Below are positions 50,138-60,613 of a stretch of 64,000 nucleotides of DNA, in pieces (position 1 is the stretch's first letter; every line of letters begins with the position of its first letter). The notes beneath the pieces are model-generated. The model was not told the origin of the DNA and ran no database searches. It saw only the letters and a program-made list of their open reading frames with translations. Source of the stretch: Negativicutes bacterium (GTDB taxonomy: Bacteria; Bacillota; Negativicutes; UBA1444); assembly GCA_963665275.2 (NCBI GenBank), contig CAXXIN010000018.1, forward strand, positions 32,001 through 96,000, given 5' to 3'. Both the position numbers and the translations under genes were made by a program.

Positions 50138-51525
50138 TGTTGGATGCAACACCAAAAAAAATTGCCGAACGAACCAGTGGCGGCATGATCAATCCAGCCA
50201 AGACTTGCCAACCGATTGGCGCCATGTATGCGGCTTTGGGAATTCACGCTTGCCTGCCTCATAGCCATGGTTCCCAGGGCTGCTGCTCCTATCACCGCAT
50301 GCACTTGACTCGCCATTTTCGTGATCCGGTCATGGCTTCGACCAGTAGTTTTACGGAAGGCGCTTCGGTTTTTGGCGGTGGAGCCAATTTGAAAACAGCC
50401 ATCAAAAATGTTTTTGAGATATATAATCCGGACGTAATGGCTGTGCATACCACTTGCTTGTCAGAAACCATTGGCGATGATATTCCGACCATCATCAAAC
50501 AGTCGGAAGTCCCCGAAGGAAAAGTAGTATTTCATGCCAACACTCCTAGTTATCAGGGCTCTCACATTACCGGGTTTTCCAATATGACCAAAGCAATGGT
50601 CACCTATTTTGCCGAAACCACCTTAGCAGAGAAAGATGACACGGTCAATCTGATTCCGGGATTTGTGAATCCAGGCGATATGCGAGAAATCAAGCGGATA
50701 ACCAATACCATGGGAATACCGTACATTATGTTTCCTGACACTTCAGGTGTGCTGGATTCGCCCATGACCGGCTCGTTTGAGATGTATCCCCGTGGTGGCG
50801 TAACCTTGGCCGAACTCAAAAAGATCGGTGATTCCAAATTGAGTGTGGCATTGGGAAGATTCGCTTCTTCGGACGCGGCGGAAACGCTGGAAAAGAAATG
50901 CAAAGTGCCGGCCATTACGCTGAAGACTCCTATTGGAATTAAAGCGACGGATGCCTTTGTCATGACGTTGCGTGGCGCGTTCGCAGTGGAAGTCCCCCGA
51001 GAATTGGAAGACGAAAGAGGTCAACTGGTGGATATCATGACCGACACTCACTTCCATTTCCATGGGAAAACAGTTGCGGTATTCGGTGATCCGGACATCG
51101 TATCTCCGATGGTGGAGTTCCTGCTTAGCCTCGGCATGAAACCCATCCATGTTCTCACAGGAACCCCGGGTGGCGCTCTGGGCTCAGGGATGGCCGGCTT
51201 CGAAGGCGAAATGAAAGAAATGCTCGAAGCTGCCGGTGTTAACGGCAATGTAAAGTCGGCCGGCGATTTATTCACTTTGCATCAGTGGATCAAAAATGAG
51301 CCGGTTGATCTACTTATTGGCAACACCTATGGAAAATTCATTGCCAAAGCGGAGGATATTCCTTTCGTGCGGCTGGGCTTCCCGATTCTGGATCGGAGTG
51401 TGCATTCCTACTTGCCGGTAGTGGGTTATCGTGGGGCAATGCGCCTGATCGAGATGATTAGCGGGGCCTTGTTGGATCGACAGGACCGCGATGCGGCAGA
51501 CGAGGATTTTGAATTAGTAATGTAA
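50137..51525 (+). CDS. nifK: Nitrogenase MoFe protein beta chain
   Basis: INPAKTCQPIGA, HGSQGCCSY, TTCLSETIGDD, TPSYQGSH. Confidence 0.97.
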   Translation: MLDATPKKIAERTSGGMINPAKTCQPIGAMYAALGIHACLPHSHGSQGCCSYHRMHLTRHFRDPVMASTSSFTEGASVFGGGANLKTAIKNVFEIYNPDVMAVHTTCLSETIGDDIPTIIKQSEVPEGKVVFHANTPSYQGSHITGFSNMTKAMVTYFAETTLAEKDDTVNLIPGFVNPGDMREIKRITNTMGIPYIMFPDTSGVLDSPMTGSFEMYPRGGVTLAELKKIGDSKLSVALGRFASSDAAETLEKKCKVPAITLKTPIGIKATDAFVMTLRGAFAVEVPRELEDERGQLVDIMTDTHFHFHGKTVAVFGDPDIVSPMVEFLLSLGMKPIHVLTGTPGGALGSGMAGFEGEMKEMLEAAGVNGNVKSAGDLFTLHQWIKNEPVDLLIGNTYGKFIAKAEDIPFVRLGFPILDRSVHSYLPVVGYRGAMRLIEMISGALLDRQDRDAADEDFELVM

Positions 51526-51556
51526 GGAAAACTGCAATAGGAAAAGGAACAGGGAG

Positions 51557-52930
51557 GTGAAAGCCATGGGCGCAGCCCCAATTCTTGATCATCGGCAACA
51601 GTCCATAATTCAAAAAGGTCGGAAGAAACAAACCATCCGCTGCGAAGCCGACAGTGAAGCCGGCTGTGTGAGCCAACGCGCCTGCGTCTATTGTGGCGCA
51701 CGGGTGGTGCTGAACCCGGTGGCTGACGCCCTGCATCTTGTGCATGGGCCCATAGGTTGCGCCAGCTATACCTGGGATATTCGCGGCAGCCTGAATAGTG
51801 GCGCCGATTTGTATCGGAACAGCTTTTGCACAGATCTGAAAGAGCACGATATCATTTTCGGCGGCGAAAAAAAGCTGACTGCCGCGCTGGATGAGCTGAT
51901 TCCCCAGTTTCAACCGCCACTGGTTTTCGTCTACTCCACTTGTGTGGTCGGCGTTATCGGTGATGATCTGGAAGCTGTTTGCAAAGCGGCTGCCGCCAAA
52001 TTTGGAATTCCAGTGATGCCAGTCCAGTCCAGCGGTTTCATCGGCAGCAAGTCTGCAGGGTATCGGGCAGCCTGTGATGTATTATTTCGCATTATTGAAG
52101 CACCTGTAGCAGGGCAGGGAATAAATTCCCGTCCCCGCCTGAATTATCTGGGCGATTTCAATTTGGCCGGAGAAGCATGGATTATCCGCAGCTATCTGAA
52201 GCGAATCGGAGTCGATGTGAATGTGGTGTTTACTGGCGACTCCCGCTATGAAGAAATTCGAGGAGCCGCCAATGCCAGCCTGAACATCATTCAGTGCGCC
52301 GGATCCATGCATTATTTGGCGGGCAAGCTGGACGAAGCCTATGGGATTCCCTGTCTGTCAGTATCGTTTTTGGGCCTTGATGATACCGCCGAGTCCCTGC
52401 GGGCGATTGCCTTGCATTTCAATAACGCAGAGGTTATTCGTCGCGTGGAGGAACTGATTGCCGAAGAACGCACACGGGTGATGCCAAAGATTCAACGATA
52501 CCGAGAACTTTTGCAGGGCCGAAAAGCGGCTGTCTATGTTGGCGGCGGGTTCAAGGCGATCTCTCTCATCAAACAGTTCCGTGAGATCGGGATGGAAGTC
52601 GTGATGATCGGCACCCAGACCGGACGGAAGGAAGAGTATGAAAAGATGGATACGTTGGTGGAAGAAGGCGCGGTCATCATGGATGACGCCAATCCGGCGG
52701 AGCTGGAGAGGTTTTTGCTGGAGCAGGGGGCGGATCTCCTCGTCGGCGGCGTCAAGGAGAGGCCGCTCGCATATAAATTGGGAGTCGCTTTTGTTGACCA
52801 TAATCATGATCGCAAACATCCGCTCAGCGGGTATGCGGGCGCAGTAAATTTCGCCGCCGAGGTTTATTCAACGTTGGGTTCGCCAGTTTGGAACGCAGTG
52901 AAAGGGGGCGCTATTCATGCTTCTACATAG
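51557..52930 (+). CDS. nifE: FeMo-co scaffold protein NifE
   Basis: SQRACVYCGA, HGPIGCASY, TCVVGVIGDD. Confidence 0.95.
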   Translation: MKAMGAAPILDHRQQSIIQKGRKKQTIRCEADSEAGCVSQRACVYCGARVVLNPVADALHLVHGPIGCASYTWDIRGSLNSGADLYRNSFCTDLKEHDIIFGGEKKLTAALDELIPQFQPPLVFVYSTCVVGVIGDDLEAVCKAAAAKFGIPVMPVQSSGFIGSKSAGYRAACDVLFRIIEAPVAGQGINSRPRLNYLGDFNLAGEAWIIRSYLKRIGVDVNVVFTGDSRYEEIRGAANASLNIIQCAGSMHYLAGKLDEAYGIPCLSVSFLGLDDTAESLRAIALHFNNAEVIRRVEELIAEERTRVMPKIQRYRELLQGRKAAVYVGGGFKAISLIKQFREIGMEVVMIGTQTGRKEEYEKMDTLVEEGAVIMDDANPAELERFLLEQGADLLVGGVKERPLAYKLGVAFVDHNHDRKHPLSGYAGAVNFAAEVYSTLGSPVWNAVKGGAIHAST

Positions 52931-54299
52931 TCGGGATTTATCCCAAAACCCTTGTCACATGTGTATGCCGATGGGCGGAATTCTGGCGTTGAAAGGTGTG
53001 GAAGGTTCCATGTCACTGCTCCACGGATCACAAGGTTGCAGTACTTATATGCGTCGCCATATTGCTGAACATTTTAATGAACCGGTAGATGTAGCTTCCT
53101 CGTCACTGAATGAAAAAGGGACAGTATATGGGGGGCAGGAAAATCTAAAAAAAGCGATGGACAATGTGAGGCGGGTTTATAAACCGGCACTCATAGGAAT
53201 CCTCACAACTTGTCTGGCAGAGACCATCGGTGAAGATATTCGGAGAATTGCCCTTGAATATCAACGGGAAACTGAGTGCGAATGCCGGATCGTTACGGCT
53301 TCCACACCGGGTTATGGCGGTACACACACGGAAGGGTACTGGAGTACGCTGCGCGAGTTATTGTCGCAGATGACTGTTCCAACTGAATCGCACGCCAAGA
53401 TCAACATCATTGTGCCTGCCGCCCTTAGCCCGGCGGATTTGCGTGAAATAAAACGCTGGCTTGACCTGTTCGATGCGAGCTATACGCTGTTGCCGGATAT
53501 CAGCGAAACGATGGATCGGCCTTATGGGCCTGCATATGGGAAAATTTCCGAGGGTGGGACTTCGCTTACCGACATAGAGCAGATGGGCGGAGCTCGTATA
53601 ACACTGGAACTGGGTGGACCTGTCGATGATAAAATGTCTCCGGGCGCATGGCTGGAAGTCAACCATAATGTGCCACTGGTGAAACTGCCGGTTCCGATTG
53701 GATTAGCTAACACAGATCTTTTTTTTCAAGCTTTGACTTCTGTGACAGGAAAAAACGTTCCCGCAATATTGCAACGGGAACGAGGACTGCTGATGGATGC
53801 CATGATCGATGCCCACAAGTTTTCGTTCCAGATAAGGCCGGCATTATTCGGCGATCCGGAAATGGTGTATGCCCTTACCGGTTTCTGCGCTGAAAACGGC
53901 ATGTTTCCCCGCGTGGTGGCTACAGGTGGCGGGAGTGTAGGCTGGCGGGAAAAAGTTCGGCTGTTGGTGTCCGGCAGTTTGGATCCGGCTTGGGTCATGG
54001 AGGAAACCGATATGGCCAAGGTGCTGGATCAGAGTAAAATTGCCGAGGTTAATCTGGCAATAGGTCCCTCCGTCGGTCGTTATCTTGAAGAGAATGCCGA
54101 TATTCCCCTCGTCCGAATTGGCTTTCCCATTCAGGATCGACTCGGAGCGCAGCGAATTTTGTCGGTGGGGTATACCGGAACGGCCTTGTTGTTGGATAAA
54201 GCAGTTAACACCATTTTAGAGCGGAAACATAAAACTTATCGTCAGGATCTATTTGAAGCATACTATGAGAACAAGGAGGCGGCGTGCCATGTCCTGTAA
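52917..54299 (+). CDS. nifN: FeMo-co scaffold protein NifN
   Basis: NPCHMCMPMG, HGSQGCSTY, TCLAETIGED. Confidence 0.93.
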   Translation: MLLHSRDLSQNPCHMCMPMGGILALKGVEGSMSLLHGSQGCSTYMRRHIAEHFNEPVDVASSSLNEKGTVYGGQENLKKAMDNVRRVYKPALIGILTTCLAETIGEDIRRIALEYQRETECECRIVTASTPGYGGTHTEGYWSTLRELLSQMTVPTESHAKINIIVPAALSPADLREIKRWLDLFDASYTLLPDISETMDRPYGPAYGKISEGGTSLTDIEQMGGARITLELGGPVDDKMSPGAWLEVNHNVPLVKLPVPIGLANTDLFFQALTSVTGKNVPAILQRERGLLMDAMIDAHKFSFQIRPALFGDPEMVYALTGFCAENGMFPRVVATGGGSVGWREKVRLLVSGSLDPAWVMEETDMAKVLDQSKIAEVNLAIGPSVGRYLEENADIPLVRIGFPIQDRLGAQRILSVGYTGTALLLDKAVNTILERKHKTYRQDLFEAYYENKEAACHVL

Positions 54300-55557
54300 T
54301 GAAAAGGAACTTCTTGCATCCAGACACCCCTGTTATTCGGCCCAGTCCCAGCACAAATTCGCCCGGATGCATCTGCCGGTGGCGCCCGCGTGCAATATCC
54401 AGTGCAATTACTGTAACCGATTGTATGACTGTGTCAATGAAAGCCGCCCTGGTGTTACCAGTGAAATTTTGACGCCGGAGCAGGCGCTGACGAAGATCGG
54501 AGTTGTGCAATCCCGACTGGATAATCTGGCGGTGATTGGCATCGCTGGGCCTGGTGATGCTCTTGCCAACTGGGAAAAGACCCGGGCCACCCTAGTTGGA
54601 ATCAGGGAGAATTACCCTGAGCTGATTCCCTGTTTGTCGACAAACGGGTTACTGTTACCGCAATATGCGGAAGAGTTGGTTAAACTTGGGGTAGGGCATG
54701 TGACGGTTACCGTTAATTCGATTGATCCAGTCCTCAGTGAAAAAATTTATTCGTATATCGAGTGGGAAGGCCTCCGTCTAAAAGGACCGGCCGCCATGCA
54801 AAAACTATTGGACAATCAAATGGCCGGGATTATGATTTTAGCCAAACACGACATTATGATCAAAGTGAACATTGTCATGATTCCGGGCATCAATGAATCA
54901 CATATTCCGGAAGTGGTTGCAGCTGTCAAGGAGGCCGGAGCTTCACTGACCAATATCATGCCCTTGATACCGGCCTCCGGTAGCGGTTTTGCCCATTTGC
55001 CGCAGACTAGTAACCGTGACGTAGCCGCCATGCGTGATGCATGTCAGACGATGTTGCCGCAGATGCGACATTGCCGGCAGTGCCGTGCCGATGCGATCGG
55101 GCTACTGGCGCAAGATCGGTCGGCGGAATTCCGCGAAATACCGGCCTGTCCAAGTGGCGGATGCGGTGGTAAAAAAACTGCAGAAGAGGTTAATGCCGGA
55201 AGCTATAAGTACCGTGTGGCAGTAACGTCGAAGTATGAAAAAATGGTTGATCAGCATTTCGGACATGCGGAACGTTTCCTCATTTATGAGACGGATGGAA
55301 TCCGAAGCTCCTTACTTGAGCGACGTGATGCCTTGAAATATTGTAGCGGAAATGATTACTGCGAAAGCGAAGAGGATTCCAAACAAGAGACGGTGCGAAA
55401 ATTGGCCGATTGCGCGGCCGTTGTCACGATGCGAATTGGAAATCAGGCCAAGGAAAGATTGTTGACTCAAGGAATCCTGGCGGTGGAAGCTTGCAATGAA
55501 ATATCGGCGGGCTTGGCCATGGCAGTAAAGCAATTAATTCTCAAGAAAGCCGGTTGA
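54289..55557 (+). CDS. nifB: Radical SAM FeMo-co biosynthesis protein NifB with C-terminal NifX-like domain
   Basis: HPCY, CNIQCNYC, ESRPG, HCRQCRADA, DQHFGHA; own RBS AAGGAGG. Confidence 0.96.
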   Translation: MSCNEKELLASRHPCYSAQSQHKFARMHLPVAPACNIQCNYCNRLYDCVNESRPGVTSEILTPEQALTKIGVVQSRLDNLAVIGIAGPGDALANWEKTRATLVGIRENYPELIPCLSTNGLLLPQYAEELVKLGVGHVTVTVNSIDPVLSEKIYSYIEWEGLRLKGPAAMQKLLDNQMAGIMILAKHDIMIKVNIVMIPGINESHIPEVVAAVKEAGASLTNIMPLIPASGSGFAHLPQTSNRDVAAMRDACQTMLPQMRHCRQCRADAIGLLAQDRSAEFREIPACPSGGCGGKKTAEEVNAGSYKYRVAVTSKYEKMVDQHFGHAERFLIYETDGIRSSLLERRDALKYCSGNDYCESEEDSKQETVRKLADCAAVVTMRIGNQAKERLLTQGILAVEACNEISAGLAMAVKQLILKKAG

Positions 55558-55579
55558 AAAATGGAAAGGGGGATATGTT

Positions 55580-55891
55580 GTGAATAAACCGACACGCCAT
55601 ATTTTTGTCTGCACCAGTTCGCGCGCAAATGGTCAACAAAAGGGCTTTTGTCATACCAAAGAGGGGGTTGCCGTAGTTGGCAAATTCATCGAAGAATTGG
55701 AAGAACGAGGATTATCCGGTGAAGTCATGGTTTCGAACACCGGTTGTTTCGGACTATGCGAAAAAGGACCGATTGTGGTTGTTTATCCCGATAACGTGTG
55801 GTACGGCAGTGTGACTCTTGACGACGTTGAAACCATTATGGAAGAGCATATCGAAGGCGGGAAAATTGCAGAAAAATTGCAGATTGGGTAG
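55580..55891 (+). CDS. Thioredoxin-like [2Fe-2S] ferredoxin
   Basis: HIFVCTSSR...FC...TGCFGLCEKGP..VYPDNVWY. Confidence 0.92.
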   Translation: MNKPTRHIFVCTSSRANGQQKGFCHTKEGVAVVGKFIEELEERGLSGEVMVSNTGCFGLCEKGPIVVVYPDNVWYGSVTLDDVETIMEEHIEGGKIAEKLQIG

Positions 55892-55915
55892 CTAAGCGCA
55901 AGGGAGGTGACACAC

Positions 55916-56545
55916 ATGGCGAAGGAAATCGCGGCTTTTGTGGACAAAAATGGGATCGCGACTCTTTTGTCTACGGCTTGCTGTCTGCAAGTCTATCGAA
56001 AGCAGGAAGGCAGTTGGCGTAAAGAGCGAAATTCGGCAGTAGCCTTGGGCGAAGCTCGGGGGCTGGGGGAACTGCGGAACCAAATGGCTGAAATCGTCGA
56101 ATTTCTGGGTTCTTGTGATACGGTTGTGGCGGAAGGTTTCCAGGGCGCCGCTTTGCACGCCTTGGAAAAAGCCAACGTGGGGATGTGGGAAATAACCGGC
56201 CGGCCTGAAGCTTCCTTCGACAGCCTTTTAGCGGAAGAGGAAGCTATTACTCATACGAATGATGAACCGGCGAGGATGCCGTTTCCTGTTTTGGAAAACA
56301 AGGGTGATGGGCGGGCGTATATCTCCATTGTCGATGTTCAGCGCAGCGGCGGTGGTCTCACCTCCAAACAAGTACTGCTGCCCATTTTGCATCAGGGAGC
56401 GTTTAAGGAACTTGAGATTTTATGTGCGCATCTTCCTCCCTGGTTGGAGGCTGAGGCAGCCAGTCGCCAATGGCGATGCACAACCCACAAGACGACGGAC
56501 CAACAGGTTATGATTACGATAACGGTTGCGGATCTGAAGTCGTGA
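55916..56545 (+). CDS. AnfO-like nitrogenase accessory protein
   Basis: EIAAFVD, ELRNQMAEIVEFLGSC, LTSKQVLLP, LEILCAHLPPW. Confidence 0.75.
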   Translation: MAKEIAAFVDKNGIATLLSTACCLQVYRKQEGSWRKERNSAVALGEARGLGELRNQMAEIVEFLGSCDTVVAEGFQGAALHALEKANVGMWEITGRPEASFDSLLAEEEAITHTNDEPARMPFPVLENKGDGRAYISIVDVQRSGGGLTSKQVLLPILHQGAFKELEILCAHLPPWLEAEAASRQWRCTTHKTTDQQVMITITVADLKS

Positions 56546-56578
56546 GCTGCTGTGTGGGTGCGATTTGCTAATTTTTCC

Positions 56579-56643
56579 AAAAACCTAAAAGCGTTGTCTC
56601 AAAACAGGTTTGCCCTGATTGAAACAACGCTTTTAGGTTTTTA
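56579..56643. terminator. Bidirectional terminator at the end of the nif operon
   Basis: AAAAACCTAAAAGCGTTGT/ACAACGCTTTTAGGTTTTT. Confidence 0.8.
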
Positions 56644-56668
56644 TGGATTCGGAATTTGAAAGGCGATC

Positions 56669-57829
56669 TCAATCCTTGTCGCGCGACTGCGTCAGGGATT
56701 GACAGATACGTTCTATGCCGATTCGGATATCTTCTTCACTGGCAGCCAGACTGACACGAACATATTGTTTCATACTTGAGCCAAATGCCGTTCCAGGTGC
56801 GGTCGCAACGTGCGTGTCATTTAACAATTGTATGGCAATTTTGCTGGCATCTGTTCCTAAACGTTCCACATTAACCATCAAGTAGAAAGCTCCGCTGGGA
56901 GTATATTCATACAGCCCGTATCGGCGTAATATATCTACGGCAATATCACGTCGTTTCTGATAGGCCTGTTTCATGGTTTCGACGGCATCATAGGGGTTTC
57001 GGAGAGCAGCGATAGCTGCCTTTTGAGTAATAGAGCTTGCACAGGAAACCAGGGATTCCTGCAATTTTGTTATGACCTCTGAAATGTGGACGGGAGCGAT
57101 AACATAACCAAATCGCCAACCAGTCATTGCATGACTTTTTGACAACCCATAAATGGCCAGGACACGATCATCAACATCGATACTTTTGAGGCTGAAATGA
57201 CTGCCCTCAAAAACGAATTCCTCGTAAATCTCATCGCTGATGATATATAAGTCGTACTTGCTGGACAGCGAGTAGATGCTTTCGAGTAAACTGCGAGGAA
57301 ATACAGCGCCGGTTGGATTAGCAGGACTATTAATAACGATGAGCTTGGTGCGGTTGGTAATCAAACTTTCTATTTCTGACAAGTCTGGTAAAAAATTATT
57401 TTCCGGCTTTAGGTGGTAAGGAACGGTTGTTGCCCCAAGAAAATTAACCATGGATTTCGGATTATGCCAACTCGGGTCCGGCAAGAGTACTTCATCGCCT
57501 GCCTCCACTATAGCCATGACGGCTGAGTCCATTGCGGTTACTGCTCCAGGACACACAGTAAGCTGGTTGCTGGTCGCACGAAATCCATTGCGTTGCCAAA
57601 GCTTATCAAAAATTGCGTCTTGCAAATCGGGAATGCCCCGTGCTGAAGTGTAGGCGGTAAATCCATCTTTAATTGCTTGAATTCCCGCGTTGCCGACATA
57701 TTCAGGTGTCGAAAAATTCGGTTGCCCTACTTCTAGATGGATACAATTTGGAATTTTCCATGCCAGATCCATGATTTCACGAATTTCGAAAGGAGGCATT
57801 GCAGCCGCCCGTGTGGAAATTGGTTTCAT
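56669..57829 (-). CDS. Class I/II PLP aminotransferase (aspartate aminotransferase-like)
   Basis: LEVGQP, NSPANPTG, SDEIY, SKSHAMTGWR. Confidence 0.93.
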   Translation of the reverse strand: MKPISTRAAAMPPFEIREIMDLAWKIPNCIHLEVGQPNFSTPEYVGNAGIQAIKDGFTAYTSARGIPDLQDAIFDKLWQRNGFRATSNQLTVCPGAVTAMDSAVMAIVEAGDEVLLPDPSWHNPKSMVNFLGATTVPYHLKPENNFLPDLSEIESLITNRTKLIVINSPANPTGAVFPRSLLESIYSLSSKYDLYIISDEIYEEFVFEGSHFSLKSIDVDDRVLAIYGLSKSHAMTGWRFGYVIAPVHISEVITKLQESLVSCASSITQKAAIAALRNPYDAVETMKQAYQKRRDIAVDILRRYGLYEYTPSGAFYLMVNVERLGTDASKIAIQLLNDTHVATAPGTAFGSSMKQYVRVSLAASEEDIRIGIERICQSLTQSRDKD

Positions 57830-57851
57830 AATGTTCCTCCCTTATGATGCA

Positions 57852-57911
57852 AGTCGCCTTGACTGATAATCAATAAAGGCGCTATGGAATCGTTCCCAAA
57901 GCGCCTTTGCT
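57852..57911 (-). promoter_or_regulatory. ANTAR-type hairpin overlapping a larger stem-loop
   Basis: AGC-AAAGGC-GCT (57911-57900) competes with stem 57875-57908; related AGTC-AAGGC-GACT near the RBS. Confidence 0.5.
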
Positions 57912-58071
57912 AGTAACTACTTTAGCATACTGCTTGTAGAATATCAATGTTCGAAGGATTAGATTTAGAACTATATAGCAGAGAACGAAATGAGATTGCG
58001 AAAATATAAATGTATCTCGTACGTACTGTTCCTTAACCATTATTCACCCAAAGATAAAACAGCGAAAAGCT

Positions 58072-58176
58072 AATGCTGCACTGGGTTACGATGCGACCTA
58101 TTTAACGGCTGATGCCATCAAACGTGCTGGTTCTGCTGAGCCTGAGAAAATTCACGAGGTACTAGTCGCTACCAAA
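58072..58176 (+). pseudogene. C-terminal fragment of a LivK/LivJ-type ABC substrate-binding protein
   Basis: NAALGYDATYLTADAIKRAGSAEPEKIHEVLVATK with no start or 5' part. Confidence 0.7.
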
Positions 58177-58265
58177 TTGAGCTCAAAGGCGGAAAATAGG
58201 TGTTCCGCGAAACAGTGATACCCTAATATTTTTATTATAAGTTGCCGCGATAAAGGATCTGTCTG

Positions 58266-59387
58266 TTATGCTACTTCCACCCGATCCCGTCCATTGTTCT
58301 TCGCTCGATAAAGGGTTTCATCAGACCGTGCCAGAACCTCATCGAAGTTTGCATCGCCTGAGCGAACCTGAGTGACCCCAATGCTGACAGTGATGCGGTG
58401 TGATTTCGAGTCGGAAAAAGAAATGCTATGACATGCCCGGCGTAACCGTACGGCAATGTCAGTTGCCCCAGACAGACTGGTTTCGGGAAGCAACAGCGCG
58501 AATTCTTCCCCCCCGAGGCGACCAAAGATATCGGTATCCCTTTTTCCCTGATTGATAGTGTTAGCGAGCTCTTTGAGAACTTTGTCACCAACCGGATGTC
58601 CGAATTGGTCGTTAACCCGTTTGAAGTGATCAAGGTCAAGCATCAACACCGAGAAAGGTCGCTTGTATCGAGCAAACCTCTCAAATTCGGCTTCGGCAGC
58701 CTGGTAAAAGTGCCGTCGGTTCGAGACGCCAGTCAATTGATCTACTAATGCGTTTTGGATGAGGTCTTTGCGCAATTCTGCTGCACGAACCTGGGCTTCA
58801 TATTGTTGACGACGGTGCGAGTAAAACCGGGTCGATGCCCAAATGCCAAGAACGTTGGACATGACCAACGAAACGGTGATAATGGTGAGAATGGGGCCGG
58901 AGAGAGGTTCCGGCTGTGAAAAATGTTCGATGACATTGGCAATGCTGAAGATCGCAGAGGGAATAACCCGAAAGAGCAACTGATTTGGTACCAACATGTA
59001 CACACTGAATAAAATCAGATAATCCATGCCGGCAGTATGGGCATGGATTTCAGGGTGTAAATGATTGATCCAAAAGACGCTTGCCAGCACCAGGGAGGAT
59101 GTGATAAGGATCAAATAATCATAAGTTTCTGGACGTTTAACCCAACGCAGTAACGCGAATATGCCGGAAAGTGTGGCGAATAGAAAAAGCCTGATTGCGA
59201 ACAGTGTTTGAAATAACGGTAGATTGGCGTACAAGAGGTAATCCGTATAAATGAACAGAAGGTTCGGTATTAGCCACAGGCTGCCGACAATAATTCCTTG
59301 TCGGATATCCTGGGGCAGATAATGCCTGCGGTATGAATTTTCAAGTTCCCCAAGTGGGTATTCCGCAGCCAAAAATTTTGCAATCAT
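58266..59387 (-). CDS. Membrane-bound diguanylate cyclase
   Basis: About 6 TM; DQLTGVSNRR, DLDHFKRVND, RDTD I-site, RLGGEEF. Confidence 0.93.
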   Translation of the reverse strand: MIAKFLAAEYPLGELENSYRRHYLPQDIRQGIIVGSLWLIPNLLFIYTDYLLYANLPLFQTLFAIRLFLFATLSGIFALLRWVKRPETYDYLILITSSLVLASVFWINHLHPEIHAHTAGMDYLILFSVYMLVPNQLLFRVIPSAIFSIANVIEHFSQPEPLSGPILTIITVSLVMSNVLGIWASTRFYSHRRQQYEAQVRAAELRKDLIQNALVDQLTGVSNRRHFYQAAEAEFERFARYKRPFSVLMLDLDHFKRVNDQFGHPVGDKVLKELANTINQGKRDTDIFGRLGGEEFALLLPETSLSGATDIAVRLRRACHSISFSDSKSHRITVSIGVTQVRSGDANFDEVLARSDETLYRAKNNGRDRVEVA

Positions 59388-59578
59388 TAAAGGCTCCTCA
59401 TTGGAGTAAAATTGGAAAATATATTGAAAGTATTATAACATAAATTACCCCAATGTTCTGGAATGGGGACAGGTAGTTGTAATTTTATGCACAATTATCC
59501 TGCTATGATATAATGAAAACCAAATCACCTTAACGAGAGTTGGAAAAAATTAATAATTGAAAGGCAGGAAAAAAGGCC

Positions 59579-60611
59579 ATGGACTATCGAAAGTTGGGAA
59601 GCACTGGACTGAATGTTTCAGAACTCGGGTTCGGCGGGATTCCGATCTTGCGCCTTGAATCAACAGAAGCCGAACATATCGTACGACACGCCTTTGATAA
59701 AGGCATTAATTTTTTTTGATACCGCTAACGCCTACCGTGACAGCGAAGGAAAAATGGGACGCACTTTTGAAGGATTGCGGCAAAACGTTGTTATCGCGAC
59801 CAAAACCATGCGGCGGGATGCACAAGGCGCATCTGAGCACTTGGAGCAAAGTCTGCGTATGCTGCGAACCGATTACATTGACATTTATCAGCTGCATCAG
59901 GTAGCGCAGGAAAATGTTTGGGATATTATCTCTGCCCCCGGAGGCGCACTCGAAGTGCTGCAAAAAGCTAAAGAAGCTGGGAAAATCCGTTTTTTGGGTA
60001 TTACATCCCACAGTCGTCCAATGGCGATCAAACTTATTCAAACCGGATTATTCAGTACCATTCAGTTTCCCTTCAATTTTATTGAAGAAGCCGCCAAGGA
60101 TGACTTGCATCCGGAAGCACGCCGTCTGGGTATGGGGATCTTGGCAATGAAGCCCTTCGCAGGGGGGGTTATCGATAATGCGACCGTGGCGTTCAAATAT
60201 TTGCGACAGTTTTCAGATGTACTTGCGTTGCCCGGCTTTGACTCAGTGGCGGCAGTCGATGAAGTGGTGTCTTTTTATGATGCGGCCAACGAGGTCAACG
60301 CTGACGATGAGGCAAAAATGGAGATCTATCGGCGCGAGTTGGGACAGCAGTTCTGTCGGCGCTGCGAATACTGTCAGCCCTGTCCGCAGGGAGTGATGAT
60401 TACGCCGGCAATGGGATATCAAGTGGCTGCACGCCGCATGTCGCCCCAAGTTGCAGTGGAATTTTCCCGCACACCCATGGAAACGGTGCCTCAATGCATT
60501 GAATGTGGTCTTTGTCTCCAACGTTGCCCTTACAATCTACCCATTCCAACGATGCTGAAAAAACACTATGCAATGTGGGAGGCGCACTGCAAGCAAATAT
60601 ATGACAAGTAA
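59579..60611 (+). pseudogene. Aldo/keto reductase with C-terminal Fe-S dicluster, frameshifted
   Basis: MDYRKLGSTGLNVSELGFGGIPI...GINFF switches frame at T8 run 59710-59717 to DTANAY...CRRCEYCQPCP; may be a sequencing error. Confidence 0.85.
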
Positions 60612-60613
60612 TG

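Noticed and set aside
54253-54299. Possible frameshifted nifN-nifB fusion as in some clostridia
   Set aside because: nifB has its own AAGGAGG RBS and ATG at 54289; an ordinary 11-nt overlap
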